In this document: piece after piece, positions 47,665 through 57,764 of the stretch
Position numbering within the stretch: the first letter of the stretch is position 1
Layout of the letters: the number at the start of each line of letters is the position of its first letter
Origin: an uncultured Clostridia bacterium
GTDB taxonomy: Bacteria > Bacillota > Clostridia > Christensenellales > CAG-917
Length of the DNA: 64,000 bases
Assembly (NCBI GenBank): GCA_944332995.1
Contig: CALVKR010000008.1
Coordinates: 5,125 to 69,124, forward strand
Reading direction: 5' to 3'
Translations under genes and position numbers: made by a program
The notes under the pieces: model-generated
Told to the model about the DNA's origin: nothing
What the model saw: only the letters and a program-made list of their open reading frames with translations
Databases searched by the model: none

Positions 47665-48884
47665 TTAATCAGGTCGCCCATTTTTGGTGACCTCCCCGAC
47701 AGCCTTTATAAAACATTTGATAATATAATCTACTTCTTCGTCCGTCAAAAGCGTATGGAGCGGCAAACTTATTTCGTTTGCGTATTTAGCGTATGATACG
47801 GGATAATCTTTAATGTCAAATCCCAGGTTTTTATAAGCCGTATGCATGGGAAGCGGCTTATAGTGCACGTTGGTGGCAATGCCGCAGCCTGCCATTTTAT
47901 CTATGACGGCGTTGCGGTCTGCTTCGCAGTTTATGCCTTTGATTCTTGCAAGATAAAGATGTCCGCTCGATGCAAAATCGTCGCCGTAATGCTTCACGGG
48001 GATAATAATATCTTTAAACGCCTCGTCGTATCTGTTTATTATTTCCCTGCGGCGGGCGAGCATTTTGCCGTATCTTTTAAGCTGAGCAAGACCTATGCTT
48101 GCCATAATGTCCGTCATATTGCATTTTTGACCGCACATCTTTATGTCGTATTCCCACGCTCCGATTTTCATCTTGCTTAAAGCGTCTTTAGACTGACCGT
48201 GAAGCGACCAAAGCATAAACTCACGGTAAAGCTCGTCAGAGTCTACGCCATCTATGTTTTTAAACACGACAGCTCCGCCCTCTGCGGTAGTCAGATTTTT
48301 GACGGCGTGGAAGCTAAAGGAAGTAAAGTCCGCCCACTCTCCGCTCATCTTGCCGTGACTTACCGCTCCGAAACTGTGCGCCGCATCGGCAAGCAGTATC
48401 ACTCTGCCGAATTTTTTTGCAAGTCGTTTGACGGCTTAAACAAAGATTTCTTTTTTTCGACTATCTCATAAATTTTATCGTAGTCGCAAATTTTGCCTGC
48501 AATATCCACGGGAATAATGACTTTTGTTTTTTCGTTGATAAGCGACGCCATTTTGTCATAGTCCATCTCATAGCCGTCCTCGCTCGTGTCGCAAAGCACG
48601 ATTTTTGCTCCGACGTGTTCAATGACGCTTGCGCTTGCCGTATAGGTATAAGCCGAGGTGATGACCTCGTCGCCCTCTTTAACGCCTAAAATCCTCAGCA
48701 CAAGCTCGAGCCCTGCCGTTGCGGAGTTTAAACATACCGCCTTGGGCGTATGACAATAAGCGGCAATCTGCCTTTCAAATTCTTTGGTTTTGGGACCTGT
48801 AGTTATCCAACCCGAACGCAAAGCGTCGACCACTTCGTCGATTTCCGCTTGCGTTATATCGGGCGGTGAAAACTTTATATTCAT
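47665..48884 (-). pseudogene. DegT/DnrJ/EryC1/StrS aminotransferase split by a 1-nt frameshift
   Basis: N-half from ATG 48884 (FSPPDI, SGWITTGP, NSATAG). C-half has DAAHSFG, SFHAVKNLTTAEGG, HYKPLP. One extra A in the A7 tract (48412-48418) would join them as DLQKKFGRVILLADAAH. Confidence 0.85.
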
Positions 48885-48945
48885 AAAAATCCTCTTTAAT
48901 TTATGCCGAACATTGCTATGCTCGGTGCCGTTTACGACACTTTCG

Positions 48946-48974
48946 ATTATATCACACGGCTTAGGTTTGTGCAA
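48946..48974 (-). promoter_or_regulatory. Promoter of the DegT/sugar transferase operon (TTGCAC-17-TATAAT, extended TG)
   Basis: -35 at 48974-48969, -10 at 48951-48946. Confidence 0.6.
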
Positions 48975-49040
48975 ACGATTAAAATATCAAAAAGGCGTAA
49001 ATCGGTTTATTTTTGCGGCCAAACATTATATAATCGGTTT

Positions 49041-49697
49041 ATGGAAATTAAACCGATAGCAAAAATAGTATCGCCGCTAAAGGAAAAATTCGGAGTTCCC
49101 AGGCAGAGCGGCAGAGTGGATATAATATCGAAAATTGTTTTCGAGCCTTATTGCCGTGACAAAAACGCCTTAAAAGGCATCGAGGATTTTTCACACCTTT
49201 GGCTCATATTTGAATTCGACAAAATAGAATACGATAAATTCACACCCACCGTCCGACCGCCCCGTCTTGGAGGCAACGCCAAAAAAGGAGTGTTTGCCAC
49301 CCGTTCGCCTTTCCGTCCCAACCGATTGGGGCTTAGCGTCGTAAAGCTGATAGGCGTCGAGGACGGCGCTCTTTTGATATCGGGAGCAGACCTTGTCGAC
49401 GGCACGCCGATATACGATATAAAGCCGTATATCCCGTTTGCCGACTGCATAGAAAACGCAAAGGGCGGTTTTTCCGACGAGTTTAAAAACTATAAAATAG
49501 ACGTTCAATCGGCGTCGGAAGATTTCGACCGACTGCCGTCCGACGTAAGGCGCGACGTCATATCTCTCATCGCCGAGGACCCTCGCCCTGCCTATCACGA
49601 CGACGAGAGGATATACAAAATGACCTACGGCGAATATAACGTCTCGTTTGCCGTATACGGCAAGACGGCAAAAATCATTGCCGTGGAAAAGATTTGA
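49041..49697 (+). CDS. trmO: tRNA m6t6A37 methyltransferase TrmO (TsaA family)
   Basis: KFGVPRQSG, FSHLWLIF, VRPPRLGGN, GVFATRSPFRPN.LGLS, DGTPIYDIKPY, DPRPAY. Confidence 0.93.
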   Translation: MEIKPIAKIVSPLKEKFGVPRQSGRVDIISKIVFEPYCRDKNALKGIEDFSHLWLIFEFDKIEYDKFTPTVRPPRLGGNAKKGVFATRSPFRPNRLGLSVVKLIGVEDGALLISGADLVDGTPIYDIKPYIPFADCIENAKGGFSDEFKNYKIDVQSASEDFDRLPSDVRRDVISLIAEDPRPAYHDDERIYKMTYGEYNVSFAVYGKTAKIIAVEKI

Positions 49698-49980
49698 CTG
49701 TTCTCTAAAGATTCGTTGTTCCTTTAAATTGAAGCGTTGACTATATATAGAAAAATCCTTAGGCAAATTAAATTCGGCATTCAGGCTACGGGGCGCATTT
49801 TCGTTTTACCTTAGCCGCAATCCTCTTTTGGGTGCACCAAGGCGCACAAAATTTTAGCAAATTAAATTCGGATTTGTATGTTCACCCCTTTGCCTTCGCT
49901 TTGGTTTGACCTCGTTTTGTATGCTCTGCAAGTTAATGCAATCGATAATTTACCTCAAAAATAAAAACCGCTTTTGCGGT

Positions 49981-50844
49981 TTAAATTTTTACTACGTCGT
50001 CTCGACTTAAGCATCTGCCCGTCTTGGCGTCCTGAAACAGCATCCATATACCGCCGTCGTCGTCGACCGGCACGAATTGGGAAATGTTTCTGATTTCGTC
50101 GGGAGGCAAAATATCTTCTCTGCCGGGGATTCCGTAACAGACGTATAACGCTTCGCCGAGCTCCTCTATCACGCCGACGACGTAGTAACAGTCCTCGCAG
50201 TCCACCCTTACCCATTTTGAATTGGGGATACGCTCGCAAAGCCTGCTCTCTGTCGGGTAGCAAACGAACATCTCCTCAAGCTGGGGCTTGACTGCCTGGT
50301 AAAAGTTTTTGCCGTTAAATTCTACCCCGAGAAGCATGGTGGGTTTATCCTTTTTCGTGCCCTCGGTCTTGTCTTTATGCTCTGACTTGGTTTTGACTTT
50401 TAAAATTATCTCGTCGTTTTCTCTGCTTGCTTCTTTTGAGTTTTCTTTTCCGTCCGCCATGATGACGTCCTCTTTTATATTATCTTCTATGCCGTCGCCG
50501 TTCAGACCGTTGCCGTTTAAGTCGCCACGGTTATGCTCTTTTTTGCCTGAAGTGCCGCTTTTTAATTTTTCCATAAGATACGGACAGCGGTTGGACTTTC
50601 CGCTGAATCCCGCAAATTCCTCGCCGTTCAATATAGCCACGGCACTGACCGCTTCAGGCAGGATTCCGTCAATCAAAAAGGTATTGCCCGTTATCTTGTA
50701 TAGCTTATCGTCGATATCCGTCAGAAGGAGTGCGCCCAAAAGTCCGTCGCCCACTTCCGCTCTGACCGTGCCTGCCGTTTGGGTAAGTTTTAAAATTTCA
50801 CGGTTTTTCTCATTCTTTAAAATAAGGATAATTTTCTGATACAT
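49981..50844 (-). CDS. Conserved hypothetical protein
   Basis: ATG 50844 with GAGG SD. Low-complexity charged middle, C-terminal IPNSKWVRV...YYVVG...YVCYGIPG domain. Confidence 0.7.
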   Translation of the reverse strand: MYQKIILILKNEKNREILKLTQTAGTVRAEVGDGLLGALLLTDIDDKLYKITGNTFLIDGILPEAVSAVAILNGEEFAGFSGKSNRCPYLMEKLKSGTSGKKEHNRGDLNGNGLNGDGIEDNIKEDVIMADGKENSKEASRENDEIILKVKTKSEHKDKTEGTKKDKPTMLLGVEFNGKNFYQAVKPQLEEMFVCYPTESRLCERIPNSKWVRVDCEDCYYVVGVIEELGEALYVCYGIPGREDILPPDEIRNISQFVPVDDDGGIWMLFQDAKTGRCLSRDDVVKI

Positions 50845-51153
50845 ACAAACCTCACACAATAATTTATGCGACAAGGTTTGAAAAATTCGCCGATATGAAA
50901 TTTTAAATAAAATACCGTTTAAAATACCGTTTAAAAAGCCTGCCCTTTGTCTGCCCTCTGTCCGCCCTTTAGTCTGCTTGTCTTTCGCTATTTGTCGTTT
51001 ATGAGTCATTTGTTGCTTATCTGCCGTTTACCGTCCTTGTTTATGGTTATTGTTCTGCCGATATCCGTCATTTTCCCTTTGCTAAAATCTTATCTTTCCT
51101 CCGCCTGCCGTTTGTCTGCCAAAATTTCCTCTTTCATTATTGTGCGATTAAAA

Positions 51154-51183
51154 AAAGCTCGGCATAACCGAGCAAAAAAATTT
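51154..51183 (-). terminator. Intrinsic terminator after rsmA
   Basis: gctcgg-cataa-ccgagc flanked by A-tracts. Confidence 0.7.
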
Positions 51184-51396
51184 TAGCGTTAAATTTAAGT
51201 TTCCCGACCGTATTGTCTTTAAGAATAAAACTTTGGCGTTTAACTTTTCAAGTTTATCTCTACGCTCGGCAATCAAAGTTTGACTTATCGAATATCCTAT
51301 CGTCTGACTTTGCGCATTAAAAATTATTGCGCATTAAAAATTGTATTATTTTTACTCGCCGGCCGAGCGCCGATTTTGCAATCTGGCAATGAAGTT

Positions 51397-52230
51397 CTAC
51401 CCTTCCATAACTTTTAAAATTCTGACGAAATCGTCAAGCGACAGCGCCTCGCCTCTCACGGTGGACTCGATATCCGCTTTTTTCAAAATTTCCACCGCTT
51501 CCTCTCTCGATATCGAATATCCGCTCATAAGATTGTTGGTGAGCATCTTGCGGCGCATGGAAAAGGCGCATTTTACAAGCGAGGAAAGTTTTTTCAAATC
51601 GGTATCCGGCAATTTGTTTTTGTCTATCTTTATATTGACAACCGCACTGTCGACGTTGGGCTGAGGATAAAACAGCTGTCTTGAAACGGTTCTTGTCACC
51701 CTCGCTTCCCCTCGCATACGCACGCCGAGCGTTATCGCCGCATAGTCTTTCGTGCCCTCTTTTGCCACAAGCCTGTCGGCGACTTCCTTTTGCACCATAA
51801 CCGTTATCGACGTGACGGGAAGGTCGGATTCCAAAAAGCGCATTATCATGGGAGTGGTAACGTAATAAGGCAAATTTGCCACCACCTTGAACGGAACGGA
51901 AACGTATTTTTCAAACTCGTCGCCGCTCATTTTAAGCACGTCTTTGAATACGACGGTCACGTTTTCCAAACCCTTTAAGGATAAATCGAGCACGGGGGCA
52001 AGATTTTTATCCACCTCGAAGGATATGACCTGTTTTGCCTTTTGAGCGATTGCTCTCGTCAGGGTGCCTGCGCCTGTGCCTATCTCGACTACGGTATCGG
52101 CGTCCGTGACGTGTGCGTCGTCAACGATTGCATTAAGCAAATTCTTATCCGTAACAAAATTTTGACCCAAGGCTTTGTTGAATTTAAATCCGCTCGCTAT
52201 AATTAAATCTTTTACGTTTGGTGTATCCAT
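51397..52230 (-). CDS. rsmA: 16S rRNA m6,2A1518/1519 dimethyltransferase
   Basis: KALGQNFV, VVEIGTGAGTLT, VVANLPYYVTTP, MVQKEVADR, FYPQPNVDSAV. Confidence 0.96.
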   Translation of the reverse strand: MDTPNVKDLIIASGFKFNKALGQNFVTDKNLLNAIVDDAHVTDADTVVEIGTGAGTLTRAIAQKAKQVISFEVDKNLAPVLDLSLKGLENVTVVFKDVLKMSGDEFEKYVSVPFKVVANLPYYVTTPMIMRFLESDLPVTSITVMVQKEVADRLVAKEGTKDYAAITLGVRMRGEARVTRTVSRQLFYPQPNVDSAVVNIKIDKNKLPDTDLKKLSSLVKCAFSMRRKMLTNNLMSGYSISREEAVEILKKADIESTVRGEALSLDDFVRILKVMEG

Positions 52231-52460
52231 AGTTATATATTGCTTTAAAAAAAAATAAATTGCAAATATTTTTATATTGTTTGAATATTTTTTTTAAAAC
52301 CGCTCAAAATAAAAGTGTACTAAAGATGAATAATCGAAGTACAAAAGATAAAAGAGATTTTATCTGACTTAAACGTAAATACACTATCATGCGTTTTTGT
52401 CAAAAAGTAAAAAAGGCTTGTACGAATACAGATGCATTCGTCAAGTCTTTTTTACTATAT

Positions 52461-52484
52461 AAAAAAGGGCCGCCGCCCTTTTTT
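52461..52484 (-). terminator. Intrinsic terminator after metG-tatD
   Basis: aaaaaagggc-cgcc-gccctttttt. Confidence 0.7.
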
Positions 52485-52660
52485 GTTTTTTAATTGTTTT
52501 AAACCGGTTTGGTTTTTTATGTTGGATTCTTACATTTTTGAGGTTCGTTAACTTCGGCGATAATTTAATGCTTTTTAATTTTATTAGCTAAAGCAATACT
52601 TAACTTTGCTTTTTATTTATAAGCCCTTAGATTTTAAAAGGCAACGTTAGGTTATGTCGC

Positions 52661-53434
52661 TTATTTTAGCTTTTTAAATAGTTCAAATGCATTTTTTGTC
52701 GATATCTCTTTTAGCTTTTCAGCGTCCGTATGTAAAATTTCCGCCGCTTTATCCACGACGAGATTGGTATATTTAGGCTCGTTGCGCTGTCCTCTATACG
52801 GCACTGGCGTGAGATACGGGCTGTCCGTTTCAAAGAGAATTCTGTCCGACGGAATGGACGGCAAGACCTCGTATATCGCCTTGGCGTTTTTAAAGGTTAT
52901 CGCTCCGCCGAAAGAGAAATAGGCGTCGTATTTAGAATATATCGAAGCGGTTTCCTTTGAGCCCGAGTAACAATGAAAAACTATCCCGTTTTTGAGAAGC
53001 GAGCGGTTGTCGTCTAAAAGAGAAGTCATATCCTCGTAGGCGTCCCTCAAATGAATAATGACGGGGAGCGAAAGCGACGACGCAAGATGAAGCTGTCTGA
53101 CAAAAACTTCCTTTTGTTTTTCCCTCGGAGAAAAATCGTAAAAGTAGTCAAGCCCTATCTCGCCTATCGCCACGACTTTTTCGTCTTTCGATAGAGATGC
53201 GTAAAGGTCAAGGTCGTCGTCGGTAAAACCGTCGGCATAATGCGGATGAGTGCCCACGGCGCAGAAAATATTTTCGTATTCGTCCGCTATCGAAACGCAC
53301 TTGAGCGACGTTTCCCTGTCGCAGCCTATCGTTATAGCCCTCGATATGCCGTTTTTGCCGAGCGACGAGATGACTTCTTTTCTGTCCTCGCCAAAGCGCT
53401 CGTCGTCTAAATGGCAATGAGTGTCTATCAGCAT
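52661..53434 (-). CDS. tatD: TatD family deoxyribonuclease
   Basis: IDTHCHL, GTHP, AIGEIGLDY, IIHLRDA, FHCYSG, FETDSPYL. Confidence 0.93.
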   Translation of the reverse strand: MLIDTHCHLDDERFGEDRKEVISSLGKNGISRAITIGCDRETSLKCVSIADEYENIFCAVGTHPHYADGFTDDDLDLYASLSKDEKVVAIGEIGLDYFYDFSPREKQKEVFVRQLHLASSLSLPVIIHLRDAYEDMTSLLDDNRSLLKNGIVFHCYSGSKETASIYSKYDAYFSFGGAITFKNAKAIYEVLPSIPSDRILFETDSPYLTPVPYRGQRNEPKYTNLVVDKAAEILHTDAEKLKEISTKNAFELFKKLK

Positions 53435-55404
53435 ACTTTACTACCGCTGTTAACTTTGACCATAGGCGTTATCAGCACAACCTTGTCGCCGTCTACGGCG
53501 CAGAGAAGCATACCCTCGCTCATGATACCTTTAAGTTTGGCAGGCTTGAGGTTGGCGACAACGACGACTTCCTTTCCGATAAGTTCTTCGGGGGAATAGT
53601 ATTTTGCTATACCGCTTACTATCGTCCTTGTTTCCTTTCCCACTTTTACTGAAAACTTTAAGAGTTTGTCGGCGTTTTCCACCTTTTCGGCGGTGAGTAT
53701 TTCACCGACTTTAAGCTCTACCTTTGCAAAATCTTCGATTGAAATTTGATTTATATCCGTTATTCCTTCCATTTTGGCTTTTTCGGCATCTTTGTCCGCT
53801 CCGTCGGGGTTAATATCCGCATTGCTCTTTTCTTTGTTTGCCGCCGCCAAAGTTTCCATTTCCTTTAAAACTTTTTGGACGTCGAGTCGTGCGTAAAGCG
53901 CTTCGTTTTGCTCCACTTTTACGCCTGCCGTCTTTTTGCTGCCGAAAGTCTTTAGACTGTCCAAAGTCTTTTGGCTCTCGTCAAACGGGAAAGACTTATA
54001 AATCTTTGACGGCGTTTGCGGAAGAAACGGAGTCAAAAGAACTGCGGCGAATCTTATCGCTTCCGACAGATTGAACATGACCGTTTTAAGTCTTTGAGTA
54101 TTTCCCTCTTTATTGAGCACCCATGGAGCGGTTTCGTCGATATATTTGTTTGCCCTGCCAAGCAGGTCGAATATGTGAGTAAGCGCTTTAGAGGTGTCAA
54201 ATTTATTCATTTCCTCGTCGACGGCTTTTACGGTAGATAGCGCAAACTGTTTGAGCTCGTCGTCAACCGCTTCCGTCTTATCGGGCGCAGGAATGACCCC
54301 GCCAAAATACTGACCTATCATTGCGGCGGTTCTCTTGATGAGGTTTCCCAGCGTATTTACAAGGTCGCTGTTTATGCGCTTTATCAAAAGCTCGTTGGTG
54401 TATATGCCGTCCTGCCCGAAAGGCACGTCCCTTAAAAGAAAAAATCTTATGGCGTCCACACCGAAGCGGTCGGCGAGCACGAGCGGATCGACTACGTTGC
54501 CCGTAGATTTTGACATTTTACCGCCGTCAAAAAGCAACCAGCCGTGTCCGTATACCTTTTTGGGTAAAGGCAGGTCGAGCGCCGTCAGAATGGCGGGCCA
54601 GATTATCGAATGGAATCTGACGATTTCTTTTGCCATCATGTGCACGTCGGCAGGCCAATACTTTTTAAAGAGGCTGTCGTCTTCCGAGCCGTAACCGAGC
54701 GCCGTGATATAGTTTGTCAGTGCGTCAATCCAGACATATATGACGTGACCTGTGTCAAACGAAACGGGAATGCCCCATTTAAACGAAGTCCTCGATACTG
54801 CGAGGTCGGCAAGTCCCGGCTTTAAAAAGGAGTTTATCATCTCGTTCCTTCTCGTGGCGGGCTCCAAAAAGTCCGACTCGGAAAGAAGCTTCATTATTTG
54901 GTCCTGATATTTCGAGAGTCTGAAAAAGTAACTTGACTCTTTGGTCAGTTTTACCTCTCTGCCACAGTCGGGGCACTTGCCGTCCACAAGCTGCGATTTT
55001 GTCCAGAACGATTCGCAGGGAACGCAATACCAACCCTCGTATTCGCTTTTGTATATATCCCCTCTTTTATAGAGCTCGTCAAAAATTTTAGAAGCGAGTT
55101 TTTCGTGGTCGGCGTCGGTAGTCCTTATAAAGCGGTTATAGGAAATGTCGTAAAGCTCCCACAGCTTCTTGAGCGAATCCACCTGACGGTCCACCCACTC
55201 TTTGGGCGTGATGTTATGTTTTTTTGCGGTATCCTCTATCTTCTGTCCGTGCTCGTCCGTGCCGGTGAGATAAAACACGTCGTAGCCCTGCATACGCTTA
55301 TATCTCGCTATTGCGTCGCATATGACCGTCGTATAGCAAGTGCCTATGTGCCACTTTCCGCTCGGATAATAAATGGGGGTTGTAATGTAAAACTTTTTGC
55401 TCAT
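53428..55404 (-). CDS. metG: Methionine--tRNA ligase
   Basis: YITTPIYYPSG, LTGTDEHGQK, zinc knuckle CVPC..CPDC, KMSKS, C-terminal tRNA-binding domain. Confidence 0.97.
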   Translation of the reverse strand: MSKKFYITTPIYYPSGKWHIGTCYTTVICDAIARYKRMQGYDVFYLTGTDEHGQKIEDTAKKHNITPKEWVDRQVDSLKKLWELYDISYNRFIRTTDADHEKLASKIFDELYKRGDIYKSEYEGWYCVPCESFWTKSQLVDGKCPDCGREVKLTKESSYFFRLSKYQDQIMKLLSESDFLEPATRRNEMINSFLKPGLADLAVSRTSFKWGIPVSFDTGHVIYVWIDALTNYITALGYGSEDDSLFKKYWPADVHMMAKEIVRFHSIIWPAILTALDLPLPKKVYGHGWLLFDGGKMSKSTGNVVDPLVLADRFGVDAIRFFLLRDVPFGQDGIYTNELLIKRINSDLVNTLGNLIKRTAAMIGQYFGGVIPAPDKTEAVDDELKQFALSTVKAVDEEMNKFDTSKALTHIFDLLGRANKYIDETAPWVLNKEGNTQRLKTVMFNLSEAIRFAAVLLTPFLPQTPSKIYKSFPFDESQKTLDSLKTFGSKKTAGVKVEQNEALYARLDVQKVLKEMETLAAANKEKSNADINPDGADKDAEKAKMEGITDINQISIEDFAKVELKVGEILTAEKVENADKLLKFSVKVGKETRTIVSGIAKYYSPEELIGKEVVVVANLKPAKLKGIMSEGMLLCAVDGDKVVLITPMVKVNSGSKVC

Positions 55405-55502
55405 ATAAGCCTCGTAACAAAACCGCCTAAAGAGTGGCGGCGTTTAAATAATTTTAATTATTATACTACTAAATTTTAAAATTGTAAAATAAATATAACT
55501 GT

Positions 55503-56075
55503 ATGAACATAGTGTTTTTGCTCCTCGCATTCTGCGGTCTTGTAGCCATGACGGTGGTAAATCCCGACGCCGTATTTCCCACCATGATAAAGGGAGCGTC
55601 GGAAGCTATAGCGCTCGCCTTTAAACTTCTCGCCATATACTCCGTTTGGCTTTCCGTGCTCAATATGCTCGAAAAAACGAGCCTCGACAAAAAACTTTCA
55701 AAGATGCTATCCCCGCTCACAAAACGACTGTTTAAAGGCGAAAGCGAAACGGCGCAAAAGTTTATATCAATAAATATGGCGTCAAATATGCTCGGTATGG
55801 GCGGAGCGGCAACTCCTGCCGGGATAAAGGCAATGAAGGAAATGGACGACCTCAGCGGAAAGGCAACGGATAATATGAAGCTGCTTTTAGTGCTTTCCGC
55901 AACCTCGCTTCAGATTATACCGGCAACCGTCATAGCCTTAAGAGGCGACGGAGGAAGCGCCAATCCGTCGGATATCCTCCTGCCCACTCTGATTGCCACG
56001 TCGGTGAGTACCCTTTGCGGAGTTATCCTCTGCAAAACTTTTGCAAAAATAAAAAGTCGCAAAAAGGAAAAATGA
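55503..56075 (+). CDS. spmA: Spore maturation protein A
   Basis: NMASNMLGMGGAATPAGIKAM, TSLQIIPATVIALR. Confidence 0.9.
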   Translation: MNIVFLLLAFCGLVAMTVVNPDAVFPTMIKGASEAIALAFKLLAIYSVWLSVLNMLEKTSLDKKLSKMLSPLTKRLFKGESETAQKFISINMASNMLGMGGAATPAGIKAMKEMDDLSGKATDNMKLLLVLSATSLQIIPATVIALRGDGGSANPSDILLPTLIATSVSTLCGVILCKTFAKIKSRKKEK

Positions 56076-56578
56076 TAAGCTACGTTTTGCCCACCCTCGT
56101 CGGACTGATTATTTTATATTCCGCAATAAAGAGGGTAAAAATTTACGACTGTTTTATCGACGGAGCGACGGCAAGCATACAGCTTGTCCGTTCCGTATTT
56201 CCATATATCGCCGCTATATTTATAGCCATAACGCTGTTTAAAGAGAGCGGTTTAAGTCAAAAGCTGACCGCCCTTCTTGCCACGCCTCTTTCATACGTCG
56301 GCATACCGTCCGAGCTATGCGAGCTTATCATGCTCACTCCGCTGTCGGGAAGCGGCTCGCTTGCCCTGCTTGAAGATATTATTTCTACATACGGCGCCGA
56401 CAGTTATATCGCAAGATGCGCCTGCGTCATATCGGGCGCGAGCGAAACGGTGTTTTATATCTCGGCGGTATATCTGAGCGAATGCAAAAGCAAAAAACTC
56501 TCCTACGCCATACCCGTGGCGCTCTTTGCCACCTTCTGCGGAACGGTGGTCGCCTGCCTTATCTGCCGATTTATTTAA
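56072..56578 (+). CDS. spmB: Spore maturation protein B
   Basis: YDCFIDGA, PLSGSGSLA, GASETVFY. ATGA overlap with the spmA stop. Confidence 0.9.
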   Translation: MISYVLPTLVGLIILYSAIKRVKIYDCFIDGATASIQLVRSVFPYIAAIFIAITLFKESGLSQKLTALLATPLSYVGIPSELCELIMLTPLSGSGSLALLEDIISTYGADSYIARCACVISGASETVFYISAVYLSECKSKKLSYAIPVALFATFCGTVVACLICRFI

Positions 56579-56656
56579 ACCTTTTTTCCTATGCTTTTAT
56601 ATATCCGAAATGCCTGACTTAGGTTCTATTTTGCCGCATTATCATATATCTTTCCA

Positions 56657-56708
56657 CACCGGGATATACCTTACCTCACCGGGATATACATTGCCGCACC
56701 GGGATAAC
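56657..56708. repeat. Three CACCGGGATA(T)AC repeats at 20-bp period
   Basis: Copies start at 56657, 56677 and 56697. Confidence 0.8.
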
Positions 56709-56840
56709 GTTAGCGCTTTAGAATATCTTTTGCCCCTTTAATTTGCTGAAACTTATCCGAAAATTTATCCCGTAAAAAAGCCTTTATCCCGCAGGAATAA
56801 AGGCGTATAAACATTATAGTAAAATCTCAACCGTGTATCA

Positions 56841-57758
56841 TCAAAAATATTTTTCCACCGCCTCGAGCATCTCGCCGTAGCTTTTAAGCGAAGTAAAAAC
56901 GAGGTTAGTCTTTTTTGGAAGACGGGCGCTTTTTGCCCAATAGCAGAGATGTTTTTTCATTATGTTGACAAGCACCGCCTCGGGATAATATTTTTTGGCG
57001 ACGGCTATCTGCTCCAATATGTCCGATTTTATATCCACAGTAAAGGGAATATCCAAAATCTCGGAAAACACGAAAGGTCTGCCCAGAGCGCCCCTTGCAA
57101 TCATAACGCCGTCGGCACCTGTAAATTCGAGCACTTTAAGGTAGTCCTCTCTCGTTCTTATATCGCCGTTGGCGACGACGGGAATGTTCACCGCTTCTTT
57201 TACCTGCTTGCAATAGAGGTGATTTGCCTCGCCTGCATAATAGTCAGACCTCAGTCTGCCGTGCACCGTTATCATATCGGCGCCGCCCTTCTCTGCCGAA
57301 AGAGCGCACTCTATAACGGACGGCGAGTTAAAGCCTATCCTGAATTTACAGCTTACCGCCTTGCCCGATTCTTTTGCCGCCCTTACTATTTCCTCTATAA
57401 GAGGCGGATTTTCCATAAGAGCGCTTCCCTCGCCGTTGGATACGATTTTGGGCACGGGACAACCCATGTTTATGTCTATGACGTCAAACGGCGCAATTTC
57501 TTCCGACTTTGCCACTTTAAAAAAAACTTCGGGGTCGTTTCCGAAAAGCTGAACGGCTTTAGGCTGTTCGTCAGGCATAGCGGCAAGCAAAAAGGCGGTG
57601 TTTTTGTTTTTATACATAAGCCCCTTTGCGCTCACCATTTCGGTATAGCAAAGCCCTGCTCCGTATTTATAGCACAATCTCCTTAGCGCTACGTCGCTAA
57701 ACCCTGCCACGGGAGCAAACAGAGCGTTGCTTTTAAGTGTGAGGTTTCCTATCTTCAT
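56841..57758 (-). CDS. dusB: tRNA-dihydrouridine synthase
   Basis: APVAGFSD, YTEMVS, QLFG, DINMGCP, GSALM, TVHGR, NGDI, MIARG. Confidence 0.92.
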   Translation of the reverse strand: MKIGNLTLKSNALFAPVAGFSDVALRRLCYKYGAGLCYTEMVSAKGLMYKNKNTAFLLAAMPDEQPKAVQLFGNDPEVFFKVAKSEEIAPFDVIDINMGCPVPKIVSNGEGSALMENPPLIEEIVRAAKESGKAVSCKFRIGFNSPSVIECALSAEKGGADMITVHGRLRSDYYAGEANHLYCKQVKEAVNIPVVANGDIRTREDYLKVLEFTGADGVMIARGALGRPFVFSEILDIPFTVDIKSDILEQIAVAKKYYPEAVLVNIMKKHLCYWAKSARLPKKTNLVFTSLKSYGEMLEAVEKYF

Positions 57759-57764
57759 CTGCTT

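Noticed and set aside
55340-55365. MetG HIGH motif reading HIGT
   Set aside because: From recall, such variants occur in clostridial MetRS, and the rest of the enzyme is intact.
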